In this document: positions 58,478 through 64,000 of the stretch, piece by piece | Layout: each line of letters starts with the position of its first letter | How positions within the stretch are numbered: position 1 is the stretch's first letter | Origin: a virus | Lineage: Duplodnaviria > Caudoviricetes | Direction: 5' to 3' (one strand) | Length of the DNA stretch: 64,000 bases | IMG/VR virus record: IMGVR_UViG_3300020450_001133 | Made by a program: the position numbers and the translations under genes | Notes under the pieces: generated by a model | Database searches by the model: none | What the model was told of the DNA's origin: nothing | Seen by the model: the letters and a program-made list of their open reading frames with translations, nothing else

Positions 58478-58779
58478 TAACTGTCTCCTTCTTTAACAAA
58501 CACACCATCAACCATTTTGCCTTTACGGTCTTTGATGTCGTCCCATGCTTTTGCTAAACATTCATCTATAGTAAGATTATTTCTTTCTGCTATATTAATC
58601 AATACTACAATCATATCACCAATGTCATCTGATATATCATTACCTTTACAGATATTATCAGATAATTCACCTGCTTCTTGAATAAGTTTAGCGAATTGTG
58701 ATTTATCATCTGATCCATCTATAAGATTTCTATCATGATGCCATTGTGCAATATTCTTCACGTGGTCATTTATCGCCAT
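58477..58779 (-). CDS. MazG-like NTP pyrophosphohydrolase
   Basis: KLIQEAGEL and DDIGDMIVVL motifs of the all-alpha NTP-PPase fold. Confidence 0.8.
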   Translation of the reverse strand: MAINDHVKNIAQWHHDRNLIDGSDDKSQFAKLIQEAGELSDNICKGNDISDDIGDMIVVLINIAERNNLTIDECLAKAWDDIKDRKGKMVDGVFVKEGDS

Positions 58780-59150
58780 ACCAGTGTGTCTCCATTTTCA
58801 GTTACGTCATTGCCTCTTACACCTTTGTATTGTTCATACCCTGTGTCTGGTAAAAAATACATCCATGCTTTTCCTTGTGTGGTGTGTACAATTTGTTTGT
58901 TATAAAATTCTGGATACCCTTCAATGGCGTCTAATTGTTCCATTACATCATCACTGACTTCCCATACTTCACCTTGTATGTGATATTTTCCATTTAGAAA
59001 TACTCCTGGAAATGCTCCTAGGTCAGACATCTCGTAATCTGGATATTGTGTTTTTGCTTTTCCTACAATACTAGCACCTTCACCAAATTGATTAAGTCCT
59101 CTAATTTCTCCGCCACTTTTTAGTGTTCCATATACAAATACTTTATTCAT
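58770..59150 (-). CDS. gamma-glutamylcyclotransferase (AIG2-like)
   Basis: VFVYGTLK, GAFPG, IQGEVW and LDAIEGYP motifs. Confidence 0.88.
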   Translation of the reverse strand: MNKVFVYGTLKSGGEIRGLNQFGEGASIVGKAKTQYPDYEMSDLGAFPGVFLNGKYHIQGEVWEVSDDVMEQLDAIEGYPEFYNKQIVHTTQGKAWMYFLPDTGYEQYKGVRGNDVTENGDTLVWR

Positions 59151-59382
59151 AATCTTTCCTACTCTCTACATCTAAGATTTTATCTTCAAGCATTTTGATT
59201 CTTGCATTCATTCCACTAATAATCATACTAGTATCTTGGTCCGCAATAATAGTATCTAATGCAATTCTATCATTTTGCATTGTTTCTATTTGGTCTTCTA
59301 ACTCTTTAACCTTATTTTCCAATGTGTATGCAAGGTCAATTAGTTCTGCTTTAGTCATTTGTGTCTTAGACTTTTTACTCAT
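59143..59382 (-). CDS. small coiled-coil protein
   Basis: 79 aa; TTGACA-17-TATAAT at 59389-59417, 6 nt before the ATG. Confidence 0.7.
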   Translation of the reverse strand: MSKKSKTQMTKAELIDLAYTLENKVKELEDQIETMQNDRIALDTIIADQDTSMIISGMNARIKMLEDKILDVESRKDYE

Positions 59383-59417
59383 AGATACATTATACGTTAT
59401 TTTTTAACTGATGTCAA

Positions 59418-60353
59418 CTAGTATTCTAACGTATTTGACTCCTTTATTTTTGTGTACTTTGTAAAGTAATTATCAATAATTCGGTCATAATGGAAGGTTA
59501 TTCTATGTAAGACACGTTTTGCAATTATCTCAGGTTCCCATTCTACTCGTTTGTGTAATGTTAATACTTGGTCACTTATAACAATGTCACCTGGATGCCA
59601 TTTATGATTGTAGACATATTTGTCTTGAAAACAATGTTCTTTAAGAATTTTTTTAAGTTCTGGATCTGTAGGAAATCTACAGTTATTATGAAAGTGAAAA
59701 TATAGGCCCTTTTGACCGTTAAATGCTTCGTGTAACAGGTTCATTTGGTACTTATGGTTACCAATACCAAAGCCTTTCATTGCCATTAGTTGTGGCATAG
59801 GTACACCTTTTGCCCAATTTTCAGGTGCATATTCAAAGTCTCCCACAACTCCTTCACACCGTTCTTTAATATCATCTGGTAAGTCTCTGTATGCATTTAC
59901 AGTATTCATAAATGCTGTATGAGTTTCTTCGCTATTCCAAGCACCTTGTAATGCAACACCTCTTGCTCTATCCATATCACCATTCATGTTGCTATGCCAG
60001 TCCAATTCTCCATTACCAAATATGCCTGTAGCCATTCCTTTGTCTGTAGTTTCGCCTGTAACTCTTTGTAAAGGGTAATTGTTATCCTCTCCGTCAAATG
60101 TAAAAGGATCTATAAATTCTGTTTTAGGTCTTGTAGTACCATCTTGATTCCATAACATTTGCTCCCAATTTGCAAAGGTACCCATTTTGTGAATAAGTTT
60201 AGTAAAAGGAATTGTTTCAAAAGGCTGATTTTCAAATACTATAACAAGTTTGTCTAAATAAATTTCGTTTATATCTTGATAGTCTTGTTCACTAAGTTTG
60301 CTAATGTCACAGTCTATTTTAACTGCAACATCTCTAATTTTTTCTACTTTCAT
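59418..60353 (-). CDS. TauD/TfdA-family dioxygenase-like protein (likely start 60353)
   Basis: LVIVFENQ, WHSN, TAFMN, HKW.PGDIVISDQ..TLHKR motifs; ATGA overlap. Confidence 0.8.
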   Translation of the reverse strand: MKVEKIRDVAVKIDCDISKLSEQDYQDINEIYLDKLVIVFENQPFETIPFTKLIHKMGTFANWEQMLWNQDGTTRPKTEFIDPFTFDGEDNNYPLQRVTGETTDKGMATGIFGNGELDWHSNMNGDMDRARGVALQGAWNSEETHTAFMNTVNAYRDLPDDIKERCEGVVGDFEYAPENWAKGVPMPQLMAMKGFGIGNHKYQMNLLHEAFNGQKGLYFHFHNNCRFPTDPELKKILKEHCFQDKYVYNHKWHPGDIVISDQVLTLHKRVEWEPEIIAKRVLHRITFHYDRIIDNYFTKYTKIKESNTLEY

Positions 60354-60853
60354 TCTATATGTTCCACAACACACCCACTCTTTTCTAAAAATTCTCTACC
60401 TGATCCTTTATCTGCTTTGTAAGTATGTTTGAATATAACTGTTTTAATACCCGATTGATATATTAACTTTGCACAATCCATACAAGGTTCATGTGTGCAA
60501 AACAATGTAGCATCTTTACAGTTTTCGTTACTTTGTGCCACTTTTGCAATAGCATTTGTTTCTGCATGTAATACTTCTGGTTTTGTTCTTAATCTACTCC
60601 AAGTAGCACCGTGTGGAGAATCATGGAACTTTGCTCCTTGGTTTTCCCATTCCTGTCTCATGTGAGGAATATCATTCCAAGTTTCTGTTGTTTCGCAATC
60701 ATTGGTCCAACCACTAGGCATGCCGTTGTAACCAATACTAATAATTCTATTGTCCTTAACAATACATGCACCTACTTGGGCTCGTTTGGCACTACTTAAT
60801 TGTGCAAATCTTTCTGCACAATCCATAAATGCATGTTTAAACTTCTCTTTCAT
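60350..60853 (-). CDS. dCMP deaminase
   Basis: VGACIV, IGYNG, HAETNAI and PCMDC Zn motifs. Confidence 0.93.
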   Translation of the reverse strand: MKEKFKHAFMDCAERFAQLSSAKRAQVGACIVKDNRIISIGYNGMPSGWTNDCETTETWNDIPHMRQEWENQGAKFHDSPHGATWSRLRTKPEVLHAETNAIAKVAQSNENCKDATLFCTHEPCMDCAKLIYQSGIKTVIFKHTYKADKGSGREFLEKSGCVVEHIE

Positions 60854-62051
60854 CTACTACACTCACTGCGGCACTTCTGCCACCAAATCCAAAACTAGTT
60901 TTAAACAGCCTTGTGTATTCTTTTTCTTCTATTTGAGACAATAAATTAAAATAACCATCTTCTGTAAATGGTTTTACTAAATTTGCATTTGCAGGAACAA
61001 ATCCTTGCTTCATTGCTTCTGCACCTAATACTACTTCTGCTAATCCACTAGCACCCATTAAATGGCCCACTTGACTTTTATTTCCGTACAAGTGACTTCC
61101 CTCTGGAAAATAATCTTTCAACACGTTGTATTCTACAGGGTCACCAAATGGTGTACTAGTAGCATGAGCATTTAATACATTATAGTCTACAGCACTGGTA
61201 CCTGCTTGTGATAATGCTTTATCAATAGCAATCCTGGCACCAGTGCCTTCCAAATCAGGCTGGGTAGCATGAGCACCATCGTTCGCTATCCCGATGCCAT
61301 CTACTACCCATCTGATATTTGCTCCCCTCTCCCTAGCAAGTTCTAAAGGTTCAACTACCAGATAAACTGTACCCTCGCCCATAACAAAACCATCTCTACT
61401 TTCGTCCCATGGTACACTTCTACCTGTTGGACTTATTGCTCCTAACAGTTGAAAGTATATTGTACTCATAGAACTAGTCATAAAGTCTGTTGCACCTACA
61501 ACGGCACAAGTATATTCTTCTGTCATCATATACTTTTTGGCAAGGTCTAATGCTTGTACTCCACTAATACATGTACCACTTGTACCCATACTGGCACCAT
61601 GCCATTTGTAATGACTACTTACGTGATTACTAACGTATTCGTGTGAACTACTTAATAAAATTTGGGGGTGTACTTTGCGTCTTTGTTCATGTAGTATTTG
61701 TCCATACCTTGCTAGGTTTGGTGCACCTCCTCTGATAGTGCCCACAAATACTGGAGTATTGTCTGGAAAATCTAAGCCACTCATTTCTACTGCTTCATTT
61801 ACAGCAATCATGCTGGTAATAACAGTAGGATCTAACCAACGTTTATCTTTTGCTTTTATTAAATCTTCTAAATCAACATCTTCATAGTTACAATGAAATG
61901 CTTTTTCTACATTCAAAATCCAATCACTAAAATGACCTTGTGGTTTATAATCACTAATTGGAACTTGTAGAGCCTTTAAATTTTGTATGTTTTCGAAGAG
62001 ATTATTGCCTAAAGGCGAAACAATACCCACTCCGGTGATAGCGAGTTTCAT
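60837..62051 (-). CDS. fabF: beta-ketoacyl-ACP synthase II
   Basis: AITGVGIVSPLGN, catalytic Cys (GTCISG), NAHATSTP.GD and NKSQVGHLMGASG His motifs, SRDGFVMGEG, SFGFGG; late motif 62057-62063 5 nt before the ATG. Confidence 0.93.
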   Translation of the reverse strand: MKLAITGVGIVSPLGNNLFENIQNLKALQVPISDYKPQGHFSDWILNVEKAFHCNYEDVDLEDLIKAKDKRWLDPTVITSMIAVNEAVEMSGLDFPDNTPVFVGTIRGGAPNLARYGQILHEQRRKVHPQILLSSSHEYVSNHVSSHYKWHGASMGTSGTCISGVQALDLAKKYMMTEEYTCAVVGATDFMTSSMSTIYFQLLGAISPTGRSVPWDESRDGFVMGEGTVYLVVEPLELARERGANIRWVVDGIGIANDGAHATQPDLEGTGARIAIDKALSQAGTSAVDYNVLNAHATSTPFGDPVEYNVLKDYFPEGSHLYGNKSQVGHLMGASGLAEVVLGAEAMKQGFVPANANLVKPFTEDGYFNLLSQIEEKEYTRLFKTSFGFGGRSAAVSVVDEREV

Positions 62052-62078
62052 ACAAATATTTATGAATGGATTTAAGTA

Positions 62079-62972
62079 TTAAGCCAGTTTCTTGATAGCC
62101 ATTGACTGGTATGCACCAGTGTTATCAGATTCTGTATTATTATAAATTACTGAGTCCCATTTAGAAGTATCAATCTTTGATAATGCATCTGATACTGCTA
62201 AGTTTACTGCATTAAGGTGAATTTTATCGTATATAAGCACACCGCCAACTGGTATTTTATTAAAGAATCTATGTAGTTGCATACTCATATCTTTTCTAAG
62301 AACTGCATCAATTCTAGTTTCTTCATCACCACTTGCTCCTGTATATGAACCTGAGAATGCTGGTGATGGGCAAAATACAATTACATCTGATGGTATTGAA
62401 TCTGAACTGCCATCTTCTAATTTAGCATCGTCTTTGTTTAAGACATCATTTTTAGTGTGGAAGTCATATAAATTTTTAGCAACTTCTGTGGCTATGTCTT
62501 CATCTGACATGTTTACAAATGGTGTAGTTAATGTTGTGCCGTCATCTTTTGTATCAATTACTGCATCTGTAACATTATTTTTAATTGTTATTTCAGTGTT
62601 ACCAACACCTGCCCAATTAACAACGCCATGCATTTCTTGTAGATAAACATTATCAATTGAACCTAATACTGTTTTTACATTTGCTCTGTGATTGTTAGGT
62701 TGACTACTTGTATCATTAAAAGCATCTCTTAAAATAACTTTAAGATCCGCACCGTTTGTACAATTTTGAACAATAAATTTTGGAGTTTTGCCTGTTCCTC
62801 TTCCTGGGGAAACAACTTGCACATATTCACCTGCGTCTAGTTGGTCGCAAATAAGTTTTAATAATGCTCCGTGAGCCTTAGTTAAGGAACCTGGATCAGA
62901 ATCAGACCAAGTAAATGCGGATGTATCTACTGCGGCTCTTTCCACTTCAGTAGGTAATGTGATATTAGGCAT
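62079..62972 (-). CDS. hypothetical protein, possible divergent SAM-methyltransferase fold; paralog of 63038-63868
   Basis: SPGRGTGKT and IPVGGVLIYD patterns; late motif 63007-63014. Confidence 0.55.
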   Translation of the reverse strand: MPNITLPTEVERAAVDTSAFTWSDSDPGSLTKAHGALLKLICDQLDAGEYVQVVSPGRGTGKTPKFIVQNCTNGADLKVILRDAFNDTSSQPNNHRANVKTVLGSIDNVYLQEMHGVVNWAGVGNTEITIKNNVTDAVIDTKDDGTTLTTPFVNMSDEDIATEVAKNLYDFHTKNDVLNKDDAKLEDGSSDSIPSDVIVFCPSPAFSGSYTGASGDEETRIDAVLRKDMSMQLHRFFNKIPVGGVLIYDKIHLNAVNLAVSDALSKIDTSKWDSVIYNNTESDNTGAYQSMAIKKLA

Positions 62973-63037
62973 GTTTTACTCCAATAAAATAATTTTTTAA
63001 CACAACTATTTATCTATTTTGTGCAAACACACGAGTT

Positions 63038-63868
63038 TTATGCAGTACGTTTTATTAGTCCAACACTAAAATTACCATTTACTTCATTGCAAAACACTTC
63101 TTCAAACTCGTATCCTAAGAGTTTGTTGGCTTCATATGCCTGCCAAAATGCTACATTTGTTTTAGGTAAATGAAAGTACGTTACTACTAATACGCCATTA
63201 ACTGGTAAATTTTTTATTACACCTGACAGTTCTCGTATCAATCCATCTTCTTCATGTGCGGCACTTCCTATGGATATGGGCCAAGTCATGTAAATTACTA
63301 ATGAAGGCTTAAACTTTTCATCACTAGGGCCTAATGCTTCATTATTTACATTTTTAATACAAGATAATGGAACAGTTACAGCATCTAACTTGCTTAATTC
63401 TGCTTTTGTCAATGCAACAGGTTCTGTGTTTAAATCTATTGTTCTATAATGATTAGGTGGGTCATAGTTAAAAGGATCAATTAAATTTACAGTTACAGGA
63501 TTACCCACGTCATCATATACTATATCTCTTGTACCTGATATGTCTAGTTTATATACATTGCCATGATTAGTACAATTTAAAAAATAATCTGATGTAGCAA
63601 AGAATGAATCATCAAACATATCTACTGTAACAATTTTTAGACTTAATCCGTTAGTTGCATTGTCTTTAATAAAAGTTGCAGTTTTACCTGTACCTGCATA
63701 CATTTCTCTACAAGATATATGTTCACCAGAATCCATTTGGTCTGTTAAAAGTTTTATAATTGCCGCAACTTCTGGTGTTAGTGGTCCGTCAATTAAGTCG
63801 TCCCAAACTAATGCAGATGTATCTACTTCACCTATTTGTTCAATTGTTGGAAGGGTAAGATTACTCAT
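63038..63868 (-). CDS. hypothetical protein, paralog of 62079-62972
   Basis: EMYAGTGKT and LPVNGVLVV patterns; N-terminus aligns with the neighbour. Confidence 0.55.
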   Translation of the reverse strand: MSNLTLPTIEQIGEVDTSALVWDDLIDGPLTPEVAAIIKLLTDQMDSGEHISCREMYAGTGKTATFIKDNATNGLSLKIVTVDMFDDSFFATSDYFLNCTNHGNVYKLDISGTRDIVYDDVGNPVTVNLIDPFNYDPPNHYRTIDLNTEPVALTKAELSKLDAVTVPLSCIKNVNNEALGPSDEKFKPSLVIYMTWPISIGSAAHEEDGLIRELSGVIKNLPVNGVLVVTYFHLPKTNVAFWQAYEANKLLGYEFEEVFCNEVNGNFSVGLIKRTA

Positions 63869-64000
63869 CGCTGTCAGAATCTACTTCTGCTTGTGCTTCT
63901 TCAAATTCTGCTTGTGCTTCTTCGTATCGCTTTATTTCTTCTCGTCTCACATCTCTTGCAGTTTCTAAATAAGAAAACATTGTGTCTACATCACTTACTT
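63861..64000 (-). CDS. 3' end of an acidic protein (partial)
   Basis: Open frame ...DTMFSYLETARDVRREEIKRYEEAQAEFEEAQAEVDSDSDE*, with an 18-nt duplicated unit. Confidence 0.55.
   Translation of the reverse strand, partial: VSDVDTMFSYLETARDVRREEIKRYEEAQAEFEEAQAEVDSDSDE

Noticed and set aside
1-64000. CRISPR array, IS/transposase, integrase, rRNA, tRNA, alternative genetic code
   Set aside because: No regularly spaced repeats or signature motifs seen; genes read intact with TAA, TAG and TGA all used as stops

Overview
Coding-dense, AT-rich 64 kb segment of a large lytic dsDNA phage with T4-like hallmarks, read in standard genetic code and mostly on the minus strand. The hallmarks are a family-B DNA polymerase, a probable sliding clamp, a clamp-loader ATPase, sigma70-type early promoters, (T/G)ATAAATA late promoters and C(UUCG)G terminators. 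The window holds several large modular virion fibre/decoration proteins, a spanin-like pair and holin-like membrane proteins (Gram-negative host inferred). It also encodes proteostasis genes (ClpA, ClpP, DnaJ, GroES-like, MoxR-vWA) and many metabolic genes (TGT-fold transglycosylase, NadE, GuaC, FabF, ACP, SDR, class-3 lipase, SufE, TauD-like, radical SAM, PhoH). No tRNA, rRNA, CRISPR array, integrase, transposase or reverse transcriptase was seen. Four observations stand out. (1) A dnaX-type -1 frameshift signal (A_AAA_AAG, 6-nt spacer, 7-bp hairpin) ends a lipoprotein gene and opens a 32-aa Cys-containing extension. (2) A multi-helix, pseudoknot-like RNA leader at about 52083-52253 has its late promoter inside a 12-bp inverted repeat. 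(3) A dispersed FabF/ACP/SDR/lipase lipid module is present. (4) A recurrent class of leaderless promoters is present. All functional names come from motif recognition by eye; no database searches were run.
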